DNA of 64,000 nt. It comes from the human T2T-CHM13v2.0 reference genome, Homo sapiens. A program made the position numbers and the translations under genes. This document shows, one piece after another, positions 30,590 to 43,439 of the stretch (its first letter is position 1; the number at the start of each line of letters is the position of its first letter). The notes beneath the pieces were generated by a model, which did no database searches, was not told the origin of the DNA, and was given only the letters and a program-made list of their open reading frames with translations. Location: the NCBI RefSeq assembly GCF_009914755.1, contig NC_060931.1; one strand, 5' to 3'.

Positions 30590-31100
30590 TGAGGTGGTTG
30601 TTGTCTAAAGATAGTCTCCAGTAAATGATAACCATATGTAGACACCCTGTGTTTATCCGCCTATATTGAATCTGGGTCAACTCAGACTCATTTTAACAAT
30701 GAGAATATTGAGGAAATGGGGCTGTCCCAGTTCCAGCCAATGTTTTCAGCCTCCAAAGGCCTCAAAGTGTTCACTTCTGTGCCTCTGGGAACCTTGAGGG
30801 AACATGCAAGAGACTGGGCACCCTGCAGGAGAGAGAGCATGGGGAGGCCATGTGAAGGGGCTCTGCTGACACAGGGAGACCCTAGAAATACATGGATAAA
30901 ACAGAGGCCCATCTGTCTCAGCATCTCAGCTGAACTCATTTTTTAAATTTATGCTGAGACTATAGACATGTGAGTAGACTATCTTATATGTTCCAGACAA
31001 GCCCCTAGATGACTCCAGCCCCAGCTGATATCATGTAAATCAACAGCTGTTACACTGATCCGCAAAATCATGAGAGATAATAAATTGATATTGCTCAATG
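30590..31100 (+). mobile_element. MLT1 (G/H-like) solo LTR
   Basis: ttgaatctgggt...gaggccatgtgaaggggctctg...aaaatcatgagagataataaattg. Confidence 0.7.
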
Positions 31101-31324
31101 ATCACCTTCCTATAGAAATTTCCCAAATTAGCCACCCTTTCCAGTTTGAGACACTGTAACGTTAGCGCTTGAATATATAGGCCATGACAATGGTAGCTGA
31201 AATTTAATGAGTGCCAGACACTGTTCCAACATCATTACATGTATCACTTAACTCTTGTAATAGTGGTATAACGTTGGCTTTATAGTTAGATTTATAGGCA
31301 GTCTTTCAACCAACTGTGACAGAA

Positions 31325-31570
31325 AGAGGCAGGAGAACATGGTGTTTAAGGCATGAGCTCAAGGACCTATCTGTACCTGAATCATATCTTTGACACTTAC
31401 CAGCTCTGAGACACTGGATGGAAATCATTTAACTTCTGTGTCTCGATTTTATCATCTCTAAAATTAGGATAATAAAAGTATCACCTTCTAGATTTGATGT
31501 GAGAATTAATGAACTTAATACAAAAACATTGCACAAAGGAAGCACTCTAAAATGTTAATTATTCTTGTTA
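31325..31570 (+). mobile_element. MIR
   Basis: cacttaccagctctgagacactgg...catttaacttctgtgtctcgattttatcatctctaaaattaggataataa. Confidence 0.8.
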
Positions 31571-31589
31571 CTGTTATTTCACCTATATC

Positions 31590-31810
31590 TAGCATAGTAT
31601 AACTGAAAAATGACAGGGTTTAGAGTGAGAAGAGCTCAGTTTCAGTTTCAACACTTCTTATATTTGTTAGAATTTGTGCAAATCACCAAACATGTCTACT
31701 CTTCAATTAAGTGAAGTTAAACATATTATTTTCAAAGAATTGCTTTGGAGCTCAAATAAGACAATTTTGTGAAAGAGCTATATAAATTATGAGTATAGAC
31801 AATTACGAGA
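31590..31810 (+). mobile_element. MIR/MIR3 fragment
   Basis: agcatagtataactgaaaaatgacagggtttagagtgagaagagctcagtttc. Confidence 0.55.
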
Positions 31811-32298
31811 CATTTCTATTTTATGTTTTCTTGCATCATTTTCAATGTCACATCTCACTACTAAATGCAAGTTTTCTCCAGACTAAAGAATACAACACCT
31901 ATATTTTGGGTAGAGTACAGGATTCTATACATTGTCACCCAACTTCCATTAGACTCTTTTGCTTATTCTCACTCTCAATTTTTATAAATAGCGACCTGAC
32001 CAATCAAACACTGACATTATGAATAGGGTAAAGATGTGTTCTGAGCTATTCCAGAAAGCAAAGTAAGTTGATGGATTATTTCTTCATCGATAAAATGGAA
32101 TGAAATGGCTTTATTGCATATCAATATGGGAATTACCAAAAATCTATGTTCATACCTAATATGATTCTTAGTATATTATAGACATTCAATAAATATTAAT
32201 GGTCATCCTACCTTAACTAACCTTGATAATAAACCATCCATCTCATTAAAACAAGTAAAATATAGTTTGTATGACTTGCTAGCACTTCTTTAAAAATA

Positions 32299-32329
32299 AT
32301 TCTCTTCCCCACTAAAATTCATGCTCCTG
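32299..32329 (+). repeat. 31-bp dispersed direct repeat, copy 1 (partner 33925-33955)
   Basis: attctcttccccactaaaattcatgctcctg, 30/31 identical to its partner. Confidence 0.95.
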
Positions 32330-33924
32330 TTTACCATGCTGTAATTTTGCTCTCAAAAATTATACTCTGCCAACATAATCCTTTGGGGTTTTTTTCTTGG
32401 CAGATGAACAAAAATAATTTTTTCCCTTCTGTTTTGCCAGTCTGTATCCTCCCTTTGTCCCTTTGTTATAAGGAAAGACAGAGAAAGGCATTTGTATGCC
32501 AGGGAATCATTCTTCACTCATGAATTGGGTGGGCCACTGTATAGGACAAGTGACGGTTTTGATGGTGAGCAGTAATACCACATTGTAGTTGAAGGGGCCT
32601 ATCCAGGTATGTGTAATTGGCTGGTTATCATAAAGGCAGATGTTGACAAAATTAAAAAGTGTGTCCATTTAAGGAACAGTCCAGAAAACTGCAATGCAGT
32701 GGTATTATAGGTCCTGTTACAAAAGTCAGTTTCCCAATTAATAATTTTGTGGTCCTACATTTTTGCCTAGTAAGCATTCAGTAGGCTACACTTCTCCTTT
32801 GTAACTGTACTGATTTTTCTCCATATTACATTATCTCATTTTCAGGAATCACACAAATATCAACATAAAAAGCTTTGCTACTTTAATAACACACAATACA
32901 TTTAGGATACAAAATGCCTGTGAAAGTCACAGTTTACTCTGTAGTTTCATTGAGGCTTATAGTACATAATGCTACAGTAATTCTCCAAGGTACTTTCCAA
33001 AGACTGACAAGAATAAGTGTGTTTTATCTATTGTTAACTATTCTACAGGCAGCAAGATCCTGGAGTATGATGTTGGTTTTCATTGTTGCTCAAACCAATA
33101 GTACCTCACTTGCATATGATAAAAAAAAATCAAGACAATAATAAGGAGTCTTTTAACAAATTATAACTAAACATAAATGTTACTGAGCCAGCTTTATGCA
33201 TGATGTCATTTGTTGCTTTAACTTAATAAAACCAAATAAAGAATACTGGCTGGATGAATATTAAATAATGTTTATTTGAGAAACAATGATAAGTATTCTA
33301 GATTACAAAAAAAAAAGAAATTCCCATTGTAATTATCATTTTAGTCTCATTTTATTTTATGGAACTTTTATGAGTTTTAGCAAAAGTATATAAACATAAC
33401 CTGAATTATGCCTTAAATATCGGCAGAAGATTTCCAAAAGGAAGGGGAGAAGGCATATCATTTATATGAAAGTAATTAAATTAAATTTTAATTAACATGT
33501 TTTAATTTAAACAATTATAATCAAGGAGTTATGCAACTTTGTAAAGTCATTTACTGCACCTTGCTATATTTTTAGCAATGTCTATAACTGAAATGTTTCA
33601 ACTGATAAAACTTGAAGGTTTTGTCTGCTTTATTTTCCCTGAAGAATAAATAGAATCTGGCTCCCAAAATTAAAATCAGCTTTGTTGAATGTGTGTATAT
33701 AATGTTGGAAGCAAAATCACCATGTAATAGTGATTACCATAATGTACAACGTAACCAGTTGTGGCTATGTACATAGAGTCATGTGAAAGTGGTTAATAAT
33801 TCTGAAATCATGTTAATCTATAGAAGGATTATGGTTAGTCCAATTGGTTTTATTACCATTCCTGCGGCCAGCACAAAGATCATCAGCACATTTCATATGA
33901 GCTCTGTGGAACAAGGCTGGTCAG

Positions 33925-33955
33925 ATTCTCTTCGCCACTAAAATTCATGCTCCTG
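33925..33955 (+). repeat. 31-bp dispersed direct repeat, copy 2
   Basis: attctcttcgccactaaaattcatgctcctg. Confidence 0.95.
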
Positions 33956-36244
33956 ATGAATGAGTCACAGATGAGCCACATTACAGATTGGATGGGCGTG
34001 AAAATCTGAAGTACAATGAAACAATGACATACAGCATTTAATCATTTAAAATGCTTCTTGCTCATAGTGAAAAGTGGCCTAACGAAGCCAAAGAGTAAGG
34101 TGCCAAGGTGCCATCTGGCTCTAAAGATGAAAAATATTCTGAAATAAACTCTGAAAATTGAAGTAAAGTGGGATACAAAAAAAAAAACAAACTATACTCC
34201 AAAAGAATAAAGTATGAATGTTACATGTGATTAAATAATTACAAATAAAATGTAGTCATGCTTCTACATAGTATCTTGCCTCCCGAAGTAAAATTATATT
34301 TAAATAACAAAACAGATTATTTTAAAAGCCACAGTAAACTTTAATATCATTAACATAGGTGATACAATATAATAAATATACAAATATATTAACATATATT
34401 ATTTAATAAATGTCTTTGTACATGAATATATATTTGATATATATATTATGTATTTGAAAAGTCTAGTGAAATACTAACACCAGGAGAAATAATGCTAAAA
34501 TTACATCAAGCTAAAAATAAAAACAATACAAATGAGCACATTTGTTTTCTTTCCCAGTAAAATTAATTTTACTGTTCAAATTCCTTATTAAAAATTAATT
34601 CCAAGGAACTGAAAAATGTTTTATAAGGTATACTTTTATTTTAAGGAATATTATACTACATATGGGAACATGGTACTTTTTTAATTGGGCAGAATTTTCA
34701 TGACAGCACCCTTTGTTGTTACACAGTTGAACCATACTAATATAAAATTCTCATCATTTTTTAATGTCACTTTGAGAAAGTTATCAACAGCTAGAAATAA
34801 ACTATAACCAAATATATTACCTGAATTAGAGTCGCACTATCACAAAAATGGCAGTATATTCTAGTGCAAAATAGTGCTAGTGCTAAATGAAAAAATATTT
34901 TTGCCTATAAAAATATCTGCTCTCCTCCAACCTAATAAAACATAACCAATTTGTATTACATTTTTTGAATTTGCCCTGAAGTGTGCAGATACATCATCTA
35001 ACCCACAGGAGAAATGTTAAAGCAGTACTGGGAAATCACAAAACATAATTGCTAATCTTCACTTCTTTTAAAAGAATCTTCTGCTTAATACTGATTGAAA
35101 GGGATTCTCAAAGGGTACTAAACTTCATAAACTATTGCAAAAAGGTAACCGTTTATATTTATTCTGAATTTAGTTGAAATTTCCAATGTGTGGTGGCATC
35201 ATTTTGTAAAAGCTTACTTTAGATGGCTGTTTATTGCATTGTCAATTAAATTTCTACCCTTCAGTCTCTAGATCTCATTACCTCATTTATAGAAGAAATA
35301 AAATCCAAACAAACGATCAGAGTGAGAAGGCAGCTTGGTAGATTATTCCTGCATCAGAGGAATACACTCCCCCAAACAGCAATCATTCATACTTCTGAGA
35401 TTTCCTTCAGTACATATTCAAGATTGGCCTCTTCAATTTTAATGGTACATTTGGGAAAATTTAGTTTTTGTGATAGCTTTGCTTCTTCTCTTTGGAAAAA
35501 AAATATAGATAGACAGATTGCTTGATATGGAGAAAGAAATATAGATGTATGTGTATATATATTTTCATTTGTAAGAGGAATGTAGAGAGACAGTATGTAC
35601 TTAATATGAGGCCCACTGGCCCTTTTTAAACAGAAGTAGATGCTAAATATTTTAGACTCAGGATATGATACATAATATCAAAACAGTCACTGGTAATTTC
35701 GGAGAGCTAACCTTCAGGTATACAAAAAGTGCTAGTATGCACTTACTAAACAATAAAATGATGAGAAATTATTATCTAGGGAAAACTAAGTATGTTGTAA
35801 GTATCATAAGCAGGAAGGAAGAAAGTGTTGCAGAGTGACTAAAAAATATTTACAATCCAAACATGGTTTGAGACCTTGACAATTCTATTAAAATGAAGAT
35901 GGTTTGTGCTTTTCTATTCCGATGGCTCTAGGAGGGTAAAATCTGATTGGACAAATCTGGACATCTACATCAAAACTATTTACTATGAAAGCAATAATTA
36001 AATTTAAGTGATAAATTTAGATATACAAAAAAGAAAGGCAAAACTCTACTAAAGTTGATGTCAGAGATAATAACATTAAAGATGGACAGCAGAACACTTT
36101 AAAATTTCACTTCCAGTAAAAACGATTACCTCAAGATCACTATTTGTGAGTATAGTCTTAAAAAGATGTTTTCTAAAATTAATTTCACAATTTAAAAACT
36201 CCACTATCTCAACTATTGGCCAGAGACAAACACCACATTAATTA

Positions 36245-36640
36245 CTGTATTCCTTTACTCAGATATATTTGGGGAATGTGCTATGCAGAGCTTAAAAAGA
36301 GGTATTCATGTTTGATACAATACCTGTCTTCGAAGACTTCAAAGCTTTGGGAAAATAGTAAACTCATAAAATGTGTTGGCAAACTTCTGTAACAATTGGT
36401 TACAGGAATAAATACAAAGGTAAGAAGCACATGATACAATTGCTTCAAAGTCAGGGAGAGGTCATCCTAATGAAATAACTACTAAGCTAATATTTGTATG
36501 AGGAGAAAAGGGAAAGGCATTATGTCCATACGGAAGTATTGTTGCAAATGTAATACAAAAGATTGTACATGAATTGCATTTCCTCGAACATTGGGAAGAC
36601 TTGGTAAAATTTTGAGAGACCAGAATTGATCTTGAACTTC
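36245..36640 (-). mobile_element. L2 fragment
   Basis: Degenerate antisense L2 3' region (cctgtcttcgaagacttcaaagc...gtcagggagagg). Confidence 0.5.
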
Positions 36641-36959
36641 AAGGTCACAGAACTTTTTGTAGTGTTACATGATGAAAATTTCTGGCATTTAACTCCCTGA
36701 CATGTACAAATGAAATTCAATAAACTACCTACTATATTAAATAATCTTGTAAACTCCTTGGGTCTTTTTCTATACATTCATATTTTATTTACTGGTTTAC
36801 TGCAATTTTACCCTGCTCAGAAATATTTGATAGAACAAAAATTTTCTATCTGAATCTTAAACTCGTAATAGCTTGTGTGCTGATAAATCTCTAAATTGCA
36901 ATTTCACTGTATTTCCTTGGTGATAATATTAAGCTTATCAGTTAAAACAATTTATCATT

Positions 36960-37410
36960 TCTGCTGAACATTTTCTGAAAGTATAGCATACAGACAAAAA
37001 AGTACAAATATCATAAGCATACAAATTAATGCATTTTCATTGGTACATGCATGGAAGTAATTACCACCTAGGTCTGGGAGATGAATATTACCAGAACTGT
37101 AGAGGTTTTCATAATTTCTTCCCATCACTACTCCTTTCCTCCTCCTCAAAAGTGACCAAATAAGTTGAGATGACAATCTCAGTTGCTCCACATTCTCACC
37201 AACACTTGATACTGTCAATCTTTTTAACTTTAGCAATCTGATAAATATGTAATGGTAACTCGTATTCATTTTTATTTGCATTCCTCTTATGACTAAATAG
37301 ACTGAGAATCTTTTCATATGCTTTTTGGTCATTTGAAATTCCTGTTCAAGTCTTTTGCCCTCTTGTCTAATAAGTTGTCTATTTTTCATACTGATTTATT
37401 TTTATTCCAG
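36960..37410 (-). mobile_element. L1ME-like 3' fragment
   Basis: gttgctccacattctcaccaacacttgatactgtc. ORF 36955-37389(-) contains KHMKRFS...IRGMQIK, the ORF2 C-terminus. Confidence 0.8.
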
Positions 37411-37729
37411 GATTACCCAGTTTATCTATGAAATAAATACTAAAAAATTAGGACTTAGATCTACCATCTCATTACTTGTTTTATATTTTCTCTATCTATT
37501 CAGTTTCTCTGTCTTTTTTCCAGTGGGGGAGTAGAATAAGAATTTGAATAGTCCGTGTATGTTCGCTTCCTGGTTCTTGGACCCTATATCTCCTACACTG
37601 TCTTTTACAGTCTTTATTATTATTTTCCTACAGACTTCATTCCAGATGTTTTCTAATAACCTATATGTACATGTATCACCACTCTCTTCAATTCTCCATC
37701 TACTGAGTATTGAAATCCAGTATAGTATA

Positions 37730-38655
37730 TGACCTTGAATAGGTAACAGTACCTTTACAGAGTGCACAAGAAGCACAAATCATAAACCTAAAAAGTGAAT
37801 AGATTTGACTACATTGCAATTAACAACTTATGCTCATTAAAATGCTATAAAAATAAAGTGAAAAGACAAACTACAGAAAGAAACTGTTTGCTATGTATCC
37901 TACAAAGACTCTTATCAGAACTCTGACAAATCAGAGGAATGTAAATTAAAACCAAAATTAGGTGCCCTTTATATTCATCAGAATAGCTAAATGTAAAAAC
38001 ATAGATAACATCAAATTTTAGTAAGTGTATGAAGAAACTGGTACTCTCCAATGCACTTTTGGTGAGAGTTTAAATTTGTAGAGTTACTTTGGAGAACTCT
38101 TTGTTATTATCTAATATCCCTGAACATAGGAATATCCTAGGATCCCAAAATTAATTCCATTGCTAAGTGTATATCTATAATTAAATGTGTACATACATCC
38201 GCTAAAAGCCATATAAAGGAACATTTCTCAGAGCACTATTTTATTTTCTCAGTCTAAAAACTAACTAATGGTCAGCAACAGTCAAGGGATAGACAAGCAC
38301 TGAATATTTATGCAATGGAACACTATATAGCAATAAAAATGCTTAAAACTATTGTACACCCATAAATAAGAATTAATATTACAACTGTAATTTCAGGCAA
38401 AAGAAGACATAGAAAAATGTATGTACTATAATGGGCAAATGATTCTAAAGTCAGAATGGTGATTACCATAAGATACAGTTTAATTGGAAAAGGGGGCATG
38501 AGAGGTACTGATAGGATGCTAGTTAGACTCTAGTTCTTACTATGAGTGGTTATTAACTAGGTATGTTCATTTTACAAATATTCATTGAGCTGTATACTTA
38601 TGATTTGTGTACCTCACTGTATATATATTATATTATAATTAAATTATTTTAAAAA
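37730..38655 (+). mobile_element. L1ME-like ORF2 end and 3'UTR
   Basis: aatagatttgactacatt...aaagtgaaaagacaaactacaga...attcattgagctgtatacttatgatttgtg. Confidence 0.8.
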
Positions 38656-39404
38656 TGCCTATAGATATGGGTAAGTTGTAGGGAAATTGGTATGTGGTTG
38701 GGAAAGTTAATGCTTAGTAGCTTGCTGCAATGTTCTCTCTGAAGTAACAGTACAGATTATACAGTAATAGAAAATAAAATAGAGGTTAAATGTAAAGTGG
38801 TTGAGCAAAATAGTGACCATTTATAATAGTGACTGTGAACAACAATGTTTAAAAGATTTTCAGGGAATAATGTTTGTCTAAGTTAATGTTTACAAACACT
38901 GAACTATCACTACCTATCTTTTCATTCATGGGAGTTTTGGAGTCTTACAGTTTTCCAAGAGCCTATTTTTCAATGGAAAGAATGTTCCAGAGCTCTCAAT
39001 TTAGTGGGAGAAAATTTAATAGACGAAGAAAATCCAAAAGAAGGAGAATAGAAGGCAGCCCAATAGAATCCAGCAGAATCCAACTAAGGTTCAAGAAAGA
39101 GGAGAGAACAAAGATGACAATACATCGAAAGAAGATTAAAAGGAGGTATTTCCTTTTATTTAATGTTAAAATTTTACCAAGTTTTAAGGTATGTTTATCA
39201 GGAAAAGGCTTTAAATATCTCAATGTTGATAAGAGGTTGTTTGTTTATTTTTTTCTGCCACAGTTGGCTAAGGCCCAAGTAATATCTGGCCTGGTCTCAT
39301 AGATGCTGCAATGGATACTATAAGAATTTTAGATGGATGAGAAGGAAATGGAACTGACCGAAGGTTATATCATGGTATTCAGAATATTGAGATTAAGGAG
39401 TTTT

Positions 39405-39930
39405 CATCCACTTTCTATATCTTTGGGATACAGAAGTAAACTGCATGACAAAAAACATTCCTTCATGTGACTGATTTTCTAGCAGAGAAACAGATAAGAA
39501 AAATAAACGGGTAAAAATTGAGTACATTAGGTAATGATAATTTCTAAGAAGGGATCTAAATCAAGGAAAGGGGCTAGACCTGCCATGTACTGAAGGTTTT
39601 AAAATTTAGATGAGAAAGATATCCCTGAGGTGACATACAGTACAAATTTGAAGGAGGTAGGAGAACAAACCCACCTCCTTCTGCGATATCTGGGAGAAAT
39701 GAATTCTAGGCAGGAGGACAGCAAGAATGAGTGCTCAGAGACAGAGTATTTTGGACAGTTTTGAAGAATAAGGAGGAAGTCAATGTGACTTGAGTCAACA
39801 TGGAGAAGAACAGCAATAGATGAGGTCAGAGAATGAATGGAAGACAACTAATGAGGGACTGGCAGGTTGTTGTAAAGTGGTTTTAATTCAATGTGATGGG
39901 AAACTACTGCAAGGGTCTGTGCAAACACAG
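39405..39930 (-). mobile_element. L2a-like fragment
   Basis: ccctgaggtgacat...gatatctgggagaa...ttctaggcaggaggacagcaag...agatgaggtcagaga...gtgatgggaaactactg. Confidence 0.75.
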
Positions 39931-40144
39931 CACTCACTGATCTTTATGTTACCTGTAGCAGGTACCATATCTGATGAATCAAGCACGGAGAAATAATCTC
40001 ATAGTCTATTTGTTTTTGGTTCACCATTTCCTTTAGAATTATAAAAAACGAGTTTTCTACCTTATACTGATGTGTTTCACAAATCTACTAATATTATTAT
40101 GTAGTTTAAAAATTCAAATGCTGTTTATAGTGAACATTATAAAT

Positions 40145-40748
40145 TTTCTACCCAACATTCTCATTCTCTGATCACAGAAGATTTTGTTTAGGAGCCCATC
40201 CTTTTTTCGTATAACTATGAAACTCAGGAAAGCTGACAGCAACCCTGTCTACTGGGTTATGAATCAAAATAGGAGAAGCAATCACGATAAACCCACAATC
40301 TATGCTACTACTGATTGGTTCAGGAATTCAGAATTAAACCAGTAAGTGTGTGGCATTTTTCTAAAAACTTTTATTGTTAAAGTCTAATGGAGAGGACCTA
40401 ACCTAGTCAAGCAGAATAAAAGGAACAATTTTTACATCAGGAACAGGGGACAGGTTTTTCTTCTCCTTGCACATAAAGGAGGCATGTAGCCTCTTCTACT
40501 ATCAAACTACTATTAGAACCTTCTTAGGAACTTGAGGGTGGAGAGCTTGAGAAGAGGCCAAAACAAAGAGAATGATAAAGTTGCAAAAATAGCAGCAAAA
40601 ATCAAATTAGAGCCCTGATTGTTCTAGGTTTGAAGCGTGACCACTTCTCAACTTTCTATTATGAAAAATAATATACTTCCTTACTGTTTTAGCAACTTTT
40701 ATGTCACATTTTAAGTTACTGGCATTAGAAAACATCTGAAGATATACA
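40145..40748 (+). mobile_element. MLT1 (K/L-like) solo LTR
   Basis: ctgattggttcaggaat...gagccctgatt...aataatatacttcctt...gatataca end. Confidence 0.6.
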
Positions 40749-40824
40749 TCACTCTAGCCACTAGCAAAGCATATCTACATATTGACAGGTAGTATATGCA
40801 TAGCTCTCTCTTCTACAAATCCAT

Positions 40825-40920
40825 CATATATATGTATAAATTAAATATTGTATATATGTACATATATAAATTATTATACATATATAGTAATACATATTTA
40901 AATTATATTTATCTTTATAT
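40825..40920. repeat. AT-rich (TA)n-like low complexity
   Basis: atatatatgtataaattaaatattgtatatatgtacatatata... Confidence 0.7.
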
Positions 40921-41114
40921 TTTCTGAAAGTATTTATAAAATATAACATCATAAAATGCTTACAAGAAATACTGTTTAATTCAAGTATTTAATTATCTCT
41001 AATAACTGTCATGCCAATTACAATTAATTGATTTATCAAAGAAGTGATTTTTTTCTCCCTAAAAGTTGTTAAACTTGATTTTAACTTTCAAAATACAATA
41101 TTAATTTTGAAGTC

Positions 41115-41460
41115 AATCAGTAGGAATTCCATTGATCCAACTAACAGTTTTGAGTGTCTACTTCATGTGGTTTTCTACAGAGTAGGGATCAAAGAGATAC
41201 TTATTGTGTGTGCTTTCAAGGATTTCAAACCTAGTAAGGGATAGAACCACATAGACATAACATTAAACTGCATGATAATCATTATCACAAAACTAGTTAA
41301 GTGCAGACACAATGAAGGGAGTTGCACACGCTCTTTCAACTTTCAGAAAGACACTTCATAGAGAATGAATTTTTTATCTCTTTCTTAAAGTGTCATTTTT
41401 GCTAGATGTGTATGGGGATAAAACATCTTAGACAAAATACATCATATTCATAAGGGCATC
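41115..41460 (-). mobile_element. L2 fragment
   Basis: ttgagtgtctac...tgctttcaaggatttcaaacctagtaaggga. Confidence 0.5.
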
Positions 41461-41674
41461 AAGATTGTGACACCTGTTTGTCCCAACCCCAACCACAGAC
41501 CTAAGCAATTTTCCTAAAATATTAGCTAATATTTAATATCCAAAATTCTTGCTACTCCAAAAAGCAACCCAAACCTCAATAAAAATGTCAGGACCAATAA
41601 AACAGAAGATTTTGACAATATTTACTTTTTTAACTTTAGCAACCAGTAGTTTCATGTTGAAACTAAATCTATCT

Positions 41675-41721
41675 TTTCACCTGGGAAAAGTCCAAGTGAC
41701 ATGAAATATTTCATCAATGTC
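41675..41721 (+). repeat. 47-bp dispersed direct repeat, copy 1 (partner 43378-43424)
   Basis: tttcacctgggaaaagtccaagtgacatgaaatatttcatcaatgtc, 43/47 identical to its partner. Confidence 0.95.
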
Positions 41722-42496
41722 TAATTACCAAATTAAGATTTTTAAAAAGAAAGATTAAAAAGAAATCCCTACTCCAAAATATGTTTCCAGTTTCATTGCA
41801 TTTATTCAGTCTTGCCCTCTTACCTTTGTGTGTTCAAATGCTGCCTTCTCAAGAGGTATATGATGATATGCAATATGGCCTATGCCATATAATAATGCAA
41901 TAATTCCCTTTAAACTATATCAATCCTTTTTTCCCCCAAATGTGCTCTACCACCCTTAAATATCTCCCTGTACATTTTTCTTATTCCATGAACAAAGCTG
42001 GTATCTTGAAGTGATGGATATTTCCTATGGGTCAGATTCTCAAGTATTGTCACTGAAACTACAAAACATATGTATTTATCTCATATATTACTACAAAATC
42101 ATACACATTGCAATGTGTTTTAAAACTACACTTGGGAGTTCAGAACCCAACTGGAAAGGAATTTGTCTTGAATGCTTGCTTTCAATTTTAAAATTGTTAT
42201 GTATTTTAATTAAGTAAATTCAATGTCATTTAAAATAAACAAAGAGGATATAAATATTTGAACACAGAGAACACATTGCAACATTCCTTCTTGGCAAGAA
42301 TTCCCCTTATAGAAAACAGTCAAGTTTGTGGAATGAATAAACAAGCAGATAGGAGGAAGGGAATAGAAAACCTGGAAGGCATTCCAAACACCTTTGACAA
42401 GACTGCAAATACTACTAAATAAACAAATGTTAATGGATAAATTGAATTGCCGTATAATACAAGTGCCTTGAATAAACCGTAAGATCTGATCTAGGC

Positions 42497-42522
42497 AAAA
42501 AAAAAAAAAAAAAAAAAAAAAA
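42497..42522 (+). repeat. Orphan A26 tract
   Basis: Pure A run with no Alu or L1 body upstream. Confidence 0.95.
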
Positions 42523-43069
42523 GAAGAGAAGGAAATTTTTAAAAGCTTTTTCTGTGTGTGCTGTTAGAAAAGATTAAGTAGTTTAGTTACATCATGAAAA
42601 CTATGCAGTAGGTCTTGGTCCACATAGTTATAAAGTATTTTGCTTGAGAGGCCATGCACATCATGCCTATTTGGCGGCAGCACAAAACAAGTGGGCTGGA
42701 ATCAGCCCCAGGTCCCCTGGAAACCGACCCTCAGCATGCATGTCCAGCTTCCGAATCCTGACTCCTACATTTGAGAACTCCTGCTCCACGGTTTTCTGAG
42801 AACTGAGGGGGACATTCAAATGCCTCAGCATTACATGGCAAAGAGAAAAAAAAATAGTAAGAGCAGAAAGTTATGAAATGTGTGAATAAGATAAATTTGT
42901 ATTCCCAAATCTGAAATTAAAGAAAAGTTCTAAATTCCTAAGATTTTAGACTTGTCTTCTTATGATTTTAAAGCAATTTAATGTAATTTAAAGTGTCGCT
43001 TCTTAGGCTTAATAAAAGGAAAAATGTATTCAAAATGTAAAGGATTGCTATTAAAAGTTTGTAAACTTG

Positions 43070-43172
43070 ACTATGAATGCCACAAGGGCAGAACATTGTG
43101 TCTCTTTTGCTTTCTGATATATCCCAAGACAGGCTGGCATATAGAGGCTACCATAAATATTCCTTGAATGAG
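43070..43172 (+). mobile_element. L2 3' end
   Basis: ccacaagggcagaacattgtgtc...ctggcatatagagg...ataaatattccttgaatga. Confidence 0.7.
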
Positions 43173-43377
43173 TAGCACACTAATATTTTCTTTAAGTAGG
43201 CGAAATTCTAGTTAAAGAATTTGGCTAAATTCAAATAAAATATTTCTAAATTACTGTTCTCTAATATTTTAAAACAACTATTTCTATTTTCTGTTGCTTT
43301 AATGAAGCCAAGAATAAGCTGCAGTGCAGGACCTGGCTCAGTGCCATGCTCTTTTCACTCCCACCCAATTCACACCC

Positions 43378-43424
43378 TTTCACCTGGGAAAAGTCCAAGT
43401 AACATGTGATATTTTATCAATGTC
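43378..43424 (+). repeat. 47-bp dispersed direct repeat, copy 2, flanked by an 18-bp duplication
   Basis: Flanks cccacccaattcacaccc (43360-43377) and cccacccatttcacaccc (43434-43451). Confidence 0.93.
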
Positions 43425-43439
43425 ACACGCATGCCCACC

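Noticed and set aside
32521-32533. 13-bp inverted match to 43360-43372
   Set aside because: A match of this length is expected by chance in 64 kb.
38874-39302. 142-aa basic ORF with NLS-like RRRKSKRRR
   Set aside because: It arises from purine-rich, probably L2-derived sequence, has a non-ATG start and no recognisable domain.
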